A DNA stretch of 64,000 nucleotides from Scyliorhinus canicula (Eukaryota): the NCBI RefSeq assembly GCF_902713615.1, contig NC_052149.1:232846069-232910068 (forward strand), read 5' to 3'. The notes under the pieces are model-generated. The model saw nothing but the letters and a program-made list of their open reading frames with translations. It searched no databases and was not told the DNA's origin. Of the stretch, positions 8,760 through 21,535 are shown in pieces. The translations under genes were made by a program, and so were the position numbers. Numbering within the stretch: the first letter of the stretch is position 1; each line of letters opens with the position of its first letter.

Positions 8760-11075
8760 GGTCTTGAGCGGGGGGGGGGGGGGGGGCTACCATTCGGTAG
8801 GGCGGTGACTCACTTTAAATATCTGGGGGTGCAGGCGGCACGGGATTGGGGGGAGGGCTCCGTAGGTATAACATTTATGTTTGGTGGGGAGGATGAAGGT
8901 GGACTTAGCAAGGTGGGATGGTCCCCCTCTGTCGCTGGCAGGTTGGGTACAGGCAATTAAAATGGATGTGTGGCCTCGATTTTTGTTTATTTTCCCGTGA
9001 CTGCCAATCTTCCTGCCAAAGGCATTTTTCAAGCAGGTTGAAAAGGTGATTACCTTGTTTATATGGGGGTGGGGGTGGGGGTGGTATGGGGGGGGGGGGG
9101 GGGGAGGAGGAGGTGGCGAGGATTAGGAAGATGCTGTTGCAGAGAGGGTTGGCAGTCAGGGGGGTTGGGTCTCCCGAATTTACTACAGTAGTCCCCCTTT
9201 ATAACGCGGGTGTTGGGGTCCAAGACAGCCACCCGCGTTGTATCCGAGCCGCGGATATCCACGATGGGGGTTTTAAATTTATTTAAAAATCTATGCTAGC
9301 GCTTCCCATTGTGAGTCTACGGGGGGGCGGAGGGAGAGGTCAGACCCCCGTAGACTCACAATGGGAAGCGCCAGCATAGATTTTTAAATAAATTTAAAAC
9401 CCCCATCGTGGATCTAATTAAAGCAGTGTCAATTTCAGCGGCCGGCTGATTGTTTCAGTGAGAGAGCAGCTTCCCTCTCCGGATCAAAGTGAGCCGGCTG
9501 CTGAAATTGACACTGCCGGCTGCTCTCTCCCTCCAATCAGCTGGCAGTGTCAATTTCAGCGGCCGGCTCACTTTGATCCGGAGAAGGAAGCTGACAGTTG
9601 GGGTCCATAAGCCCCCCCGCCGTATATCGCGAACCGTATTGCGGAGCGCGGTATAACGGGGGACTACTGTATATTATTACTGGGCAGCGAATGCTGAGAC
9701 GGTGAGGAGCTGGGTTAGAGGGGGGACCCCCAGTGGGTGAGAATGGAGGAGAGTCTGTGCAGTGGGTCAGGGCTGAGGGCGTTGGCAACAGCGCCGCTCC
9801 CAATGGCCCCGGGGAAATACTCGGGGAGTCCGGTGGACGTTGAAAATCTAGAGGCAGTTAAGACAGCATTTTAGGCTGGGGGTGGGTCAATGCCAAATCA
9901 GGGGAACCATAGATTTGAGCCAGGAGGTTTTCGGAGATGGGAGGAGAAGAGAGTTAGGGCACGAAAGGATTTGTTTCTGGGGGGCCGGTTTTCAGGATTG
10001 AAGGAGCTGGGGGCTAACTATGGATTGGGCAAGGGGAGATGTTTAGGTATATGCAGGTCCGAGAATTTGCTAAGAAGGAGATACAGAGCCTTCCGGTGGA
10101 GCCGGCCTCCACATTGTTGGAGTAGATGCTGACGATAGGGGGAGTGGAGAGGGGGTGGTGGTGGTGATTTATGGGGTTATTTTGGGAGAAGGGAAGGCAC
10201 CGCTGGAGGGGATTAAGACAAAATGCGAGGAAGAGTTGGGAGGGAGCATGGAGGAGGGTTGTGGTGTGAGGTGCTCCGGAGGGTGAATGCTTGAACTTTG
10301 TGCACGAGGTTGGGGCTGATACAGCTGAAGGTGATACATAGGGCACACCTCACTAAGGCGAGGATGAGCCGACTCTTTGAGGGGGTAGAGGATGTTTGTG
10401 AGCGTGTGTGGGGGGGGTCCCTGCAAACCATGTTCATATGTTTTGGTCCTGTCCAAAGCTGGAGGGGTATTGGAGGGAGCTCTTCAGGGTAATCTCGATG
10501 GTGGTACATGTGAGATATGAGCCTGGTCCTCTGGAGGCCATATTTGGGTTATCGGATCAGCCGGGGTTGGAAGCAGGTGCGGAGGCAAATGTTTTAGCCT
10601 TCGCCTCGCTGATCGCCCGAAGACAGATCCTGTTGGGATGGAGGTCAGTTTCTCCTCCCTGTGCCCTGGCCGGGGGGGGGGGGGGGGGGGGGGGGCTGCT
10701 GGAGTTTTCAACACTTGACAAGGTGAAGTTTGAGTTGAGGTGAAGGATGGAAGAGTTCTACAACTCATCGGCTTTGTTTATTATGCACTTTCAAGAGCTG
10801 GATGACATCGAACACAAGGAGGGGTGGGATTGGGGAGTGGGGGTTGGCTATGTATGTTGTTGGTGACTATGTATGGGGTGATGGTGGATTCCTGATTCCT
10901 TTTCTTTGAATTTCTTGTATTTAAAATGTTGAGGGTTGTTTGGGGGTTGGTGGGAGGGAGGAATTGTTGGCCAGGGGATTGACATTGTATTTGTTCCTGT
11001 TGATTGTTTGTTGGCGGGTTTAAATTTGGATGAAAGTGTGAAAAAGGAGGAGAATAAAAATATTTTTTTTTTAAA
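8760..11075 (+). mobile_element. Degenerate 3' part of an L1-clade LINE
   Basis: ORF2 remnants FKYLGV, LPNLLYYYWAA, IQLKVIHRAHLT, HMFWSCPKL; AATAAA and A/T-rich end. Confidence 0.85.
9186..9669. mobile_element. Tc1/mariner (pogo/Tigger-like) MITE nested in L1
   Basis: TIRs cagtagtccccctttataacgcg / cgcggtataacgggggactactg with TA TSD; removing it restores the L1 LPNLL|YYYWAA coding sequence. Confidence 0.85.
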
Positions 11076-11312
11076 AAGAAGCTACACAGGGAAGGAAATG
11101 ACCTTTTCCATAGCGTACTGCGAAGTTCTGATCTCCTTAACTAAGGAAGGATATACCTGCGATACAGGGAGTGTAACAAAGCTTCACCAGACTCATACCT
11201 GGGATTGTCCTCGAAGGAGAGATTGAGGAGGCTGGGTCTGTGTTCTCTCGAGTCGAGAAGAATGAGAGATGACCTCATTGATTGCGCGGGAAAATGGCGT
11301 TGAGATCAGCCA

Positions 11313-11652
11313 TGGGCGACATGGTGGCACAGTGGTTAGCACTCCTTCCTCACCGCGCCAGGGACCCGGTTCAATTCCGACTTTGAGTGACTGTCTATGT
11401 GGAGTTTGCACTTTCTCCCCGTGTCTGCGTGGGTTTCCTCCGGGTTCCCCCAGTTTCCTCCTACAGTCCCAAATTGTGCAGCTTTGGTGGATTGGCCATG
11501 ATAAATTGCTCCTTAGTCTCCAGGGATATGCAGGGTAGGTGGGGTTCCGGGGATAGGGAAGAGGAGTGGGCTTGGGTAGGGTGCTCTTTCAGAGGGTTGG
11601 TGCAGACTCGATGGGCTGAATGGTCTCCTTCTGCACTGTATGGATTCTGTGA
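11313..11652 (+). mobile_element. HE1/V-SINE-like tRNA-derived SINE with CR1-type tail. Representative of about 25 copies, e.g. 1-122(-), 13685(+), 17492(+), 18150(-), 23940(-), 28155(+), 30200(+), 31722(+), 33582(-), 35671(-), 41170(+), 45250(+), 47205(+), 48265(-), 49768(+), 50947(+), 57210(-), 63522(+)
   Basis: tggcacagtggttagc A-box, ggttcgattcc B-box, V-domain gggtttcctccgggtgctccggtttcctcccacagtccaaaga, tail gatgggccgaatggcctccttctgcactgt. Confidence 0.9.
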
Positions 11653-11716
11653 CCTTGTTGAATGGCCTGCTCCCGCTCCAGTTTCCTATGTAACTTTGTC
11701 ATTCTTCCCCTCACAG

Positions 11717-11849
11717 ATTGCTTGCATCATGCAGCATCGCTCCCCAGTCCCACATACACACCAGCCTCACTCTACCTGCGAAGACCTGGGAGAGGAAGAA
11801 CCGAGTGCTTTACCCTCCACAGCTTCCACACGAGCCTCGCAGACCAGTG
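11717..11849 (+). CDS. MRPL22: MRPL22 exon 3 (LLASCSIAPQSHIHTSLTLPAKTWERKNRVLYPPQLPHEPRRPV)
   Basis: Polypyrimidine tract plus cag acceptor, gtgggt donor; matches human [30 protein letters not shown]. Confidence 0.93.
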
Positions 11850-12463
11850 GTGGGTTATACCCCTTGCTACGACTGATCTTAAATTACAATGCACGTACTG
11901 CACAGAAACTGGCCATTCGGCCCGACCTATCGATGCTGGTGTTTATGCTTCACATGAGCCTCCTCCTACTTTCATCTCATCCTATCAGTGTGAATAGAGT
12001 CGATGGTTGTCTGATTTCCCCTCAAATGTATCTGTAGCGTTCACCTCAACCACATTCTCTGGATAACATTTCTCCTGAATTCCCAACTGGATCTATTAGT
12101 GATTATCTTGTATTTATGACACTTCGCTCGGGACTCCCAAAAGACCATAAGTCCCAGGAGCAGAAGTAATCTGCTCCGCCTTTCAATCAGATCATGACTG
12201 ATCTGATATAATCCTCGGTCTGGCCTACATGTGACTCCAGACCCACAGCAATGTAGTTGAACCTTAACTTGCCCTCTGAAATGGCCTTGAAAACCACTCA
12301 GTTCGAGGGCAGTTAGGGATGGGCAGCAAATGCTGGCCTAGCCAAAGAGGCCCACATCCCGTGAAATAATTTGTTTAAAATCCTGTTGAAGAGCAGGCAG
12401 AGTGTGCCCTATGGTCCCGTTGTACCAGCCACAGCCTGGGTATTGTGGCGAGGGTGGAGAATT

Positions 12464-13376
12464 TGTTGCTCGTTTTGGGTGAGTGTGTTTAACACTCACT
12501 TGACTCTGTTTTACGTTCTAAGCTCTGGAGTCGCCAGGTGCCGTAAAGACACCGTCACAAGTATCAAGGTCAAGTTCAAAGCAATAAAGCTGTACACCAA
12601 TTAGTAAGTCCAAAACAATTAGAGTTTATTATAACACAATTATAATAACACTCATGCACACGCTAAAGATTAAACTTACTTCTACCACTAAACAACTAAT
12701 ACTTAGCTAAGAAGGAACTGCGAGGTCAGGGAACAAGGCCTTTGTTCTGGTCTGGTCTGCAGGCTTCGGATCGCTATCAGTCGGCAAGGGTGTCAGTAAT
12801 GCCGGTTTCAGGTAGCGGTCGTTGTTTAGGCACTCACGTATTGGCGGCTGCTGCTCGACGGCTGATGTAGAAGACTGGGGTCTGGAGGCTGGAGTCGGAG
12901 GCCGGAGACAGGAGACTGAACCATGTGTGGGACCTCTCTTTTATAGGTCCCAGGGGGTCCGCGCCCCTTTGGGCGGCCTCCCTCACCTGCTGGGGATCGA
13001 TTGGGCCTTTTCCCAATCGATATGGTTTGAACCCCCCTATCCTAGGGCCGTTCCTTGATCGCTGGGGCGGTTCTTAGGACTTATTGTCCTGGGCTTCTCT
13101 GGCTCCACCGTGTCTGGTCTGCTAGTGAATGTATCGATTGATACTTAATTTGTGTCCATTGTACCTGGGACTGGCCCGGTATCACCTCATTAATATGCTA
13201 ACGGCTTTCCATTTACAGCGCTGCCTGATCTCTGCAGCTGTCGGGAAACCGGTTTCTGCAATTGTCTCAATGCATAATTGCTCTGCAAGCTGTTTGCTCT
13301 TTAACATGTCCGTTTTCCCTGCACTCTTTGCAGTCTTCCATTTTGTGTTCGTTAGTGGCCATCTTAGATGGCTACA
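12464..13376 (-). mobile_element. Solo LTR (913 bp)
   Basis: TGT...ACA termini, 4-bp TSD AATT (12460-12463, 13377-13380), minus-strand TATAAAA (~12940) and AATAAA (~12625). Confidence 0.8.
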
Positions 13377-13411
13377 AATTTGATTGTAAAAGGCTCTTTA
13401 TGCTTCAACAG

Positions 13412-13477
13412 GAGGTTTACCACTGCAGGAGGCAAATCAAATACAGCAAGGACAAAATGTGGTACCTGGCAAAAATG
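13412..13477 (+). CDS. MRPL22: MRPL22 exon 4 ([22 protein letters not shown])
   Basis: cag|...|gtaagt; near-identical to human [22 protein letters not shown]. Confidence 0.96.
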
Positions 13478-15531
13478 GTAAGTCTTATTTTCTTGATTAA
13501 TAAGGGAATCAGGGGTTACGGGGAGAAGGCGGGTGAATGTGGATGAGAAAAATATCAGCCATGATTGAATGGCGGAGCAGACCCGATGGGCTGAACGGCC
13601 TAATTCTGCTCCTGTGTCTCACGATCCAATGGTTTTTGTAGTAAATGGTAAATGGCTGTTCTATGGTGATTGTGGTAATGTGGCATTGGTGGCACAGTGG
13701 GCCGTACTGCTGCTTCACAGTGCCAGAGACCCGGGTTCGATTCCGATCTCGGGTGAGTGTCTGTGTGGAGTCTGCACGTTCTCCCCGTGTCTGCGTGGGT
13801 TTCCTCCGCGTGCTCTGGTTTCCTCCCGCAGCCCACAAATGTGCAGCTTGGGTGGATTGGCCATGCTAAATTGCCCCTTAGTGTCCAGGAATGTGCAGGT
13901 TACGGGGATAGGGCGGGGGAGTGGGCCTAGTTACGGTACTCTGACAGAGGATCTGTGCAGACGTAATGTGCCGCACAGCCTCTTTCTGCACTGTAGGGAT
14001 TCAATGTACCGGGTGAAAATGCTGTGTCCGTGGTTTATTTCAATAACATAACTGGCGTAAATGGTAATGTGTTTTATAGTTATTTTGGTAACATACCTGG
14101 TGTAAATGATAAGATGTATTTTCTGGATATTGTGGTAATGTGATGTGAAGAGTCAGCCTATATTCCCCTCAAGAGTTTGGACCTGGGGTTCTCTCCTTCT
14201 ATACAACCCGAAATCAAGTGGTTCGGTGACAGTAACTGATAGGGGATTTGACAGAGAGGTTCAGCACCGCAGCCCCATTCTTAATAATAATAATAATTGC
14301 TTATTGTCACGAGTAGGCTTCAACGAAGTTACTGTGAAAAGCCCCTAGTAGCCACATTCCGGCACCTGTTCGGGGAGGCAGGTACGGGAATTGAACCGTG
14401 CTGCTGGCCTTGTTCCGCATTACAAGCCAGCTGTTTAGCCAACTGTGCTAAACCAGCCCCTACCACCGCTGCCCGGGATTCGTCCCCCCCAACCCCTCCC
14501 ATCTCCGGGACGTCCCCCTGTCATTGTAGATTCGGGGGCTTGCCTGGTCTCACTCCTTAGTCAGCATGAGTAGCGCTAACCCTTTGGGCCCCAGGACGAG
14601 CTGGCCGACTGAGTCAGTAATCCCCTTACAAAGTGACCAGGAGTTCAGGCTCCTTCTTTTAAAGGTCCCCCTCCCCCCGGCTTGTGGAAAGGCCCAACAA
14701 GACGGAAATAAATATTTGGTTTTATCGCCTGTAACCTCTCCTCTTCCTCCTTTCGGAGCCGTAATAACACCCCCCCCCCCCCCCCCCCCCCCCCCCCGAC
14801 TTCCCTCAGCCCCCACTGCAAAGCGCTTCCCGCAAGCAACACAATCAGTGGCCCAGGGAATTGAGTCCAGGGGGGGGGGGAGGGGGGTGTTGAGGATCTG
14901 TCCCGCTGGATCCCCCTCTTCCTCTACCTCATTGGGGGGACACATTTTCCAAAGAGTGTCTCACCAACCCAATAAAAACGTCAACTGAGCAGGCTGCACG
15001 GAGCAGAGGGTCTCCTGTTCGTTATCGGCATATAATCCGGTTTATAACCATCCCGAAAATAAAGATTCACTCCGGATGGGATAGATCCCAAGTGGAAGAA
15101 GCAGACAGCCCAGGTCAGTGATTCCCCAATCCTCGAAGGATGTGCTTTTTTTTGCTCCCAATGTTCCTCCTGGATTTTTGAAAATTAAAATAAAAATGTA
15201 TTTATTTATAAGCCAACCTTTATGGCCCATCCCTAATTGCCCCTTGAGAAGGTGGTGATGAGTTGCCTTCTTGAACCCGCTGCGGTTCATGTGGTGTAGG
15301 TGCACCCACCGTGCTGTTAGGGAGGGAGTTCCAGAATTTTGACCCAGCGACAGTGAAGGAACGGCCGATATCTTTCCAAGTCAGGATGGTGAGCGGAACG
15401 TCCAGTCCTCGTCCTGCTGGATGGCAGAGGTTGGGGGTTTGGAAGGTGCTGTCGAAGGAGCCTTTGTGAGTTGCTGCATGACGTGCGTGTGGCTGTGTAA
15501 AAGACTTTACCCCTGAACGTTCTTGTTGCAG

Positions 15532-15609
15532 ATCAGAGGGATGACCTTTGACCAAGCAGTTGCCCAGCTGCAGTTCAATGACAAAAAGGGAGCCAAGGTT
15601 ATGCTGGAG
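15532..15609 (+). CDS. MRPL22: MRPL22 exon 5 ([26 protein letters not shown])
   Basis: gcag|...|gtaaga; matches human [26 protein letters not shown]. Confidence 0.96.
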
Positions 15610-15699
15610 GTAAGAGAATCAATTGAAGAACAGGGGGGGTTTAAACAACTGGTGATATTAAGCTGCCTGATGGGCTGATTTCTAAACACTGCCACTTAG

Positions 15700-16000
15700 A
15701 AAACATTCCTATAGCACCTTCCACCACCTCCCGGACATCCCAAAGCACTTTACAGCCAATAAAGTACTTTTTGAGGTGTAGTGACTGTTGCAGTGTAGGG
15801 AACACGCTGGCCAATTTGTGCACAGAAAGATCTCGCAAGCAATAATATGAAAATAACAAGATTCCCTGTTTTTAGCCATGTTGGACACGGGATAAATATC
15901 GGCCCAGGACATTGGGGAGGACCCTCTCGCGCGCCCCCCCCCGCCCCCCCCCCCCTCTCCTCCACCTGCTCATGGACAGGGCCTCGGTTTAATATCTCAT
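15700..16000 (-). mobile_element. Deu-domain SINE (SacSINE1/AmnSINE1-like) 3' part; further copies at about 6620-6790(-), 17330-18560(+, interrupted), 20470-20890(-), 54140-54790(+, interrupted)
   Basis: Characteristic cctggccaatatttatccc...aaattggc...gtactttattggctgtaaagtgctttgggatgtcc motif. Confidence 0.65.
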
Positions 16001-16023
16001 TCGGAGTCTAATTCTAACACTAG

Positions 16024-16667
16024 GGGTGCGATTCTCCGAGCCCCGCGGCGGGCCGGAGAATCGCCTCAACTGCGCCACGCTGCCCCAACGCTGCCGCGTG
16101 ATTCTCCGAGGTGCGGAGAATCGGCGCAATTTGCGCCAGCGCGGTCGGTGCAACGCCTTCGTGGGCCGCTGTCCATGGCTGGGCCGCCGATTCTCCAGCC
16201 CGTATGGGCCAAGCGGCCGCGCGGAAACGGCAGAGTCCCGCCGGCGCCGTTCACCCCCGGTTGCTGCCGACGGGAAATGGGGAAAAGCGCTCCCTCACCC
16301 TCCGATGGGGTCTGGCCTGCGATCGGGACTCACCGATCGGCGCCCCCCACCCCCCCCCCCCCCTGCTGCCGGGTCTACTTTGTTCTGCTTCCGGCCCCAG
16401 AACCCCCGCGCCATGTTGCATCGGGGCCGGAGCGTTCCGCGAGTGTACCGCACATGCGCCGGTTGGTGCTTCGCCACTGCGCATGCATGGGTTGATGCCG
16501 CCCCCAGTCTGCGCCAGGATGTAAGGTTGGAGCGGCGTGAACCGCTCCTGTGCCGTGCTGGCCCCTGTGGGGGCCAGAATCGGTTGTCCCCGCTTTGCGC
16601 CATTGTGAAACGCGACTGCGTTCACGACGGCACGAACATTTAGTCTCCATTTTTGGGAATCGCGCCC
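16024..16667. mobile_element. Harbinger-like MITE; related-TIR elements also at 22748-22919, 34029-34522 and about 55252-55453
   Basis: TIRs gggtgcgattctcc / gggaatcgcgccc; flanks tag/aag; CpG-rich. Confidence 0.7.
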
Positions 16668-17958
16668 AAGATGTTTAAGGGCAGCCCACGGCAAAGATTT
16701 TTCTCATGTGTCATCGCACATTTAACCAGTGGAAACCGGACTAAGCTCACGTCGATTGTAACTAGAGAGTGCAGCTAGGGCCTCGGTTTGACATCTCAGT
16801 TGAGAAACTGAGCCTCCAGCAGTGCGGGGCTCCCCCAGTGCTGCACTCAAGAGTGTCAGCCAGGATTTTGCACACAAGAGTTTGGAGCGAAATGTCATCC
16901 CCTGACTTGCTGGCTCCGATGTAAGCGAGCTGTTTCGGAAACTGCCTGTCGTACTGCAGAGAGAATGGAAATCGCTCGGTCAGTTGGCATTCTCGTGATC
17001 ATCAAATGTTTGTTTTATGAGGGCAGCAAGGACATGGAGGATAGACGGGTGAATGGCGTTAAGATGCAGGTCAGCCATGATCCAACTGAATGGCAACGGA
17101 ACAGGTTTGAGGGGCTGAGTGGCCTCCTCCTTGAAGAGATGGCAGTAGCTGAGAAATTAGCCCAGCCCGATGATATCGGCTGGAAGGTGAGGGTTAAGAC
17201 TGAAGGATACCTGGAAATAAGTTCACCAACATTCAAAAGTGTAGGTGTAGCAATGGTCAGAATTAGTTGTGGAGGCATTCCTGGCATCAGCTCTGGCTTT
17301 GGGGAGCACTCTCACCCCCGGATCACAAAGTTGACAGTTCAAGACGCACCCCAGAGTCCCGAGCACCAAATCTAGGCAACCAATCAGGTTCAGTGCCAAG
17401 GGAGTGCTGAACTGCCAGATGTGACATTGAATAAAGGCCCATCTCCCCTCTCAAGGGGAATAGTATTTGATATTATTAACGAATATTCTTTGGGGTGGCG
17501 CAGTGGTTAGCACTGCTGCCTCACGGCACTAAGGACCTGGGTTTGATTCCGGCCCTGGGTCACTGTCCATGCGGAGTTTGCACATTCTCCCTGTGTCTGC
17601 GGGGTTTTACTCCTACAACCCAAAGATGTGCAGGGTAGGTAGATTGGCCACGCTAAGTTGCTCCTTAATTGGAAAAAACTATATATTTTTTAAAATTAAT
17701 ATTCTTGGGTTGAAACATTATTTAAAGAACAGAGGAATTCTCATGACATTCTGGCCAATATTTATCCCTCTGCTAACACCAGATGATACAATCTTTCTCT
17801 CATTTTGGTTTCTGTGACCTTCAATAACCCCACTTCCTCTGGGATCTTTCTCTTCTCCAGCTCTGGTCTCTTATACATCCGACTTTTCCTTCGCTGCACA
17901 TTGACAGCCGTGCCTTCAGCTCCCAGGCTGCTAATCTCTGGAAGTCCCCCGTCCCGTT

Positions 17959-17991
<33 letters not shown>

Positions 17992-18678
17992 AAACCTCGC
18001 TACCTCTCTCTCCACTATCAAAACCTCCCTCTTCATCCAAGCTTCTGCTGCTGACATCTCGTGGTGAGGCCTGGCCTCTGATTCTGTTTTCCAATCAGTC
18101 CTTGGGATGTTCGCATCATATTAAAGGTGCTACAAATTTTCAGGTTATAAAGAGCATACAGTGCAGGAGGCCATTCGGCCCATCGAGTCTGCACCGACCC
18201 ACTTAAGCCCTCACCTCCACCCTATCCCCGTAACCCAATAACCCCTCCTAACCGTTTTGGTCACTAAAGACAATTTATCATGGCCAACCCACCTAACCTG
18301 CACATCTTTGGACTGTGGGAGGAAACCGGAGCACCCGGAGGAAACCCATGCACACACGGGGAGAACGTGCAGACTCTGCACAGACAGTGACCCAGCAGGG
18401 AATCAAACCCGGGACCCTGGCGCCGCGAAGCCACAGTGCTAGCCACTTGTGCTACCGTGCTGCCCTAGATTAGCAGAGGGTTGTTGTGGGAGCTTGCTGT
18501 GCCCAAATTGGCCGAAAGTGCTTCATCGGCTGGAACGTGCTTTGCGACTCCCTGGCCTTGTGGAAGGTGGTGTGTAAATTCAAGTTTCTCTCTGTCTTGT
18601 CGCAGTTGGGGGTTTTGACCTGTTCTGCTGGGTGTGCTGTATTTTCTCCAATCTGTGTTTGCTTGTTGCCTCCTTCAG

Positions 18679-18748
18679 GTTCTTTTGGAAGCTCAAGAAA
18701 CGGCAGTGCGAAACCACAATCTGGAGTACAGATCGAACCTGTACATAG
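18679..18748 (+). CDS. MRPL22: MRPL22 exon 6 (VLLEAQETAVRNHNLEYRSNLYI+A)
   Basis: ttcag|...|gtaacg; matches human [23 protein letters not shown]. Confidence 0.96.
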
Positions 18749-19030
18749 GTAACGACCAACCCCGGTCACCTCATGGCAGCCGGGCCGTTTCGTGATCACC
18801 AGTACTGTTCATTTATATTTATCTGACACATTTCCTGATCTCAGGACAATCCAGGTCTTGAACTGAGTAACTTGAGGTCACTTAAGAGTGAGCCACCCTG
18901 CAGCGGATCTGGATTCACACATAGGCCAGACCAGCTGACATCACTAAAGGGCATTCCCAGCTTTCCATTCTACATCTATTAATTGATTGAATTTAAATTC
19001 TTCTTGGCTGTCATGGTGGGATTTGAACCC

Positions 19031-20390
19031 ATAGAACATAGAACGATACAGCGCAGTACAGGCCCTTCAGCCCACGATGTTGCACCGACATGGGAAGTCA
19101 AAAACTAAAGGCCATCTAACCTACACTATGCCATTATCATCCATATGCTTATCCAATAAACTTTTAAATGCCCTCAATGTTGGCGAGTTCACTACTGTTG
19201 CAGGTAGGGCATTCCACGGCCTCACCACTCTTTGCGTAAAAAACCTACCTCTGACGTCTGTCCTATATCTATTACCCCTCAATTTAAGGCTATGTCCCCT
19301 CGTGCTAGCCACCTCCATCTGCGGGAGAAGGCTCTCACTGTCCACCCTATCTAACCCTCTGATCATTTTGTATGCCTCTATTAAGTCACCTCTTAACCTT
19401 CTTCTCTCTAACGAAAACAACCTCAAGTCCATCAACCTTTCCTCATAAGATTTTCCCTCCATACCAGGCAACATCCTGGTAAATCTCCTCTGCACCCGTT
19501 CCAAAGCTTCCACGTCCTTCCTATACTGAGGCGACCAGAACTGTACGCAATACTCCAAATGCGGCCGTACCAGAGTTTTGTACAGCTGCAACATGACCTC
19601 ATGGCTCCGGAACTCAATCCCTCTACCAATAAAGGCCAACACACCATAGGCCTTCTTCACAACCCTATCAACCTGGGTGGCAACTTTCAGGGATCTATGT
19701 ACATGGACACCGAGATCCCTCTGCTCATCCACACTGCTAAGAATTTTACCATTAGCCAAATATTCTGCATTCCTGTTATTCTTTCCAAAGTGAATCACCT
19801 CACACTTCTCTACATTAAACTCCATTTGCCACCTCTCAGCCCAGCTCTGCAGCTTATCTATGTCCCTCTGTAACCTGCAACATCCTTCCACACTGTCTAC
19901 AACTCCACCGACTTTAGTGTTGTCTGCAAATTTACTTACCCATCCTTCTGTGCCCTCCTCTAGGTCATTTATAAAAATGACAAACAGCAACGGCCCCAGA
20001 ACAGATCCTTGTGGTACGCCACTCGTAACTGAACTCCATTCTGAACATTTGCCATCAACCACCACCCTCTGACTTCTTTCAACTAGCCAATTTCTGATCC
20101 ACATCTCTAAATCACCCTCGATCCCCAGCCTCCGTATTTTCTGCAATAGCCGACCGTGGGGAACCTTATCAAATGCTTTACTGAAATCCATATACACCAC
20201 ATCAACTGCTCTACCCTCGTCTACCTGTTCAGTCACCTTCTCAAAGAACTCGATAAGGTTTGTGAGGCATGACCTACCCTTCACAAAACCATGCTGACTA
20301 TCCCTAATCATATTATTCCTATCTAGATGATTATAAATCGTATCTTTTATAATCCTCTCCAAGACTTTACCCACAACAGACGTGAGGCTC
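19031..20390 (-). mobile_element. Young 5'-truncated CR1 (HER1-like) LINE with an uninterrupted RT ORF (19121-20395, 424 codons), in MRPL22 intron 6
   Basis: QHGFVKGRSCLTNL, YMDFSKAFDKVPH, GVPQGSVLGP, FADN (FADD variant), (tgttcta)n 3' tail. Confidence 0.95.
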
Positions 20391-20925
20391 ACCATGTCCC
20401 CGGAGCATCAGCCTAGACCTCTGGATTACCATCCAGTGACATTACCATTGCACCACTTGTTTGAAACGGAAAAAAGACCTGAATTTATATCCTGCTTTTC
20501 TGATCTGCTGGGATCTCAAAGCACTTTACAGTCATTGAATACTTTGAAGTCTAGTCATTTTTGCAATTCGGGAAAAGCAGCCAATTTGCTCACAGCAAGC
20601 TCCCTCAAGCAGCAGTGTGATAATAACCAGGTAATCAGTTCTTCATGATTAGGGGGGTAAATATTAACCGGACTCTGGGGAGTACTCCCCTACTCTTTTT
20701 TCGAATGGTGTCATGGGCTGACATTGACCTAAGAGGGCAAACAAGACCTTGGTTTAATATCTGATCTGAACGACAGCCCCTCTGACAGTGCAGCACTCCC
20801 TCAGCACCTCACTGCCCAAATCGTTATGCTCAAGACCTGGAGTGGGACTTGAACCTCTCGGCTGAGAGGCAAGGTTGCTTATCCCCTGAGGCACAGAAGT
20901 CGAAGGCAGGGAGGAACAAGTAGAC

Positions 20926-21463
20926 CAGTGTTTTTCAAACTTTTTTTCCCTTCGGGACCCACGCAGCCGACCTTCAGGACCAACGCCGGCCAACCTCCGC
21001 GACCCGCCATTTTCTCTTACCTTGTTTGCTGCTGGCAAAATGGAGGAATCGCAATCGCACCCCAAGCACGTGACGTTAGCGTTTGGGAGGCGGGACCAGC
21101 TCTCCGCCTCCCTTCAGGCAGGAAGATTACATTAATTTTAAAAAACAATCTTCTCCTGCATCTCCGATTACGCACATCCGTGCGCAGCAGCCGGCTTTTA
21201 ACAATGCCGAGTAGTAGTGACCTTCAAAATGACGGCCGTGACCATATAACAGAATGCAGGCGCATTCCGCTGATTGGCACGCATGCGCAGTGCGCCAGCA
21301 TTTCTGTATATGGTCGCGGCCGTCAGTATGAAGGCCGCTCGCACCCGGCATTGTTAAAAGCCGGCTGCTGCGCACAAAGCTGCGCAATCAGGAGCGCCGC
21401 GACACTTCCGACACCCACCCGCGACCCACCCGTGGGTCGTGACCCCGACTTTGAAAATGCCTA
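20926..21463. mobile_element. hAT (Charlie-like) MITE with a long internal hairpin
   Basis: Ends cagtgtttttcaaact / actttgaaaatgccta; perfect 8-bp TSD AAGTAGAC (20918-20925, 21464-21471). Confidence 0.85.
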
Positions 21464-21535
21464 AAGTAGACCATCCCCCCAAAGGCTCCATTTAATTTCT
21501 TGCTCCTTCTCTCTCTCCCCCCCACCCCCTTTCAG

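Noticed and set aside
11313-11400. tRNA genes at the many A-box/B-box motifs
   Set aside because: Each continues into SINE body and tail sequence; these are tRNA-derived SINE heads.
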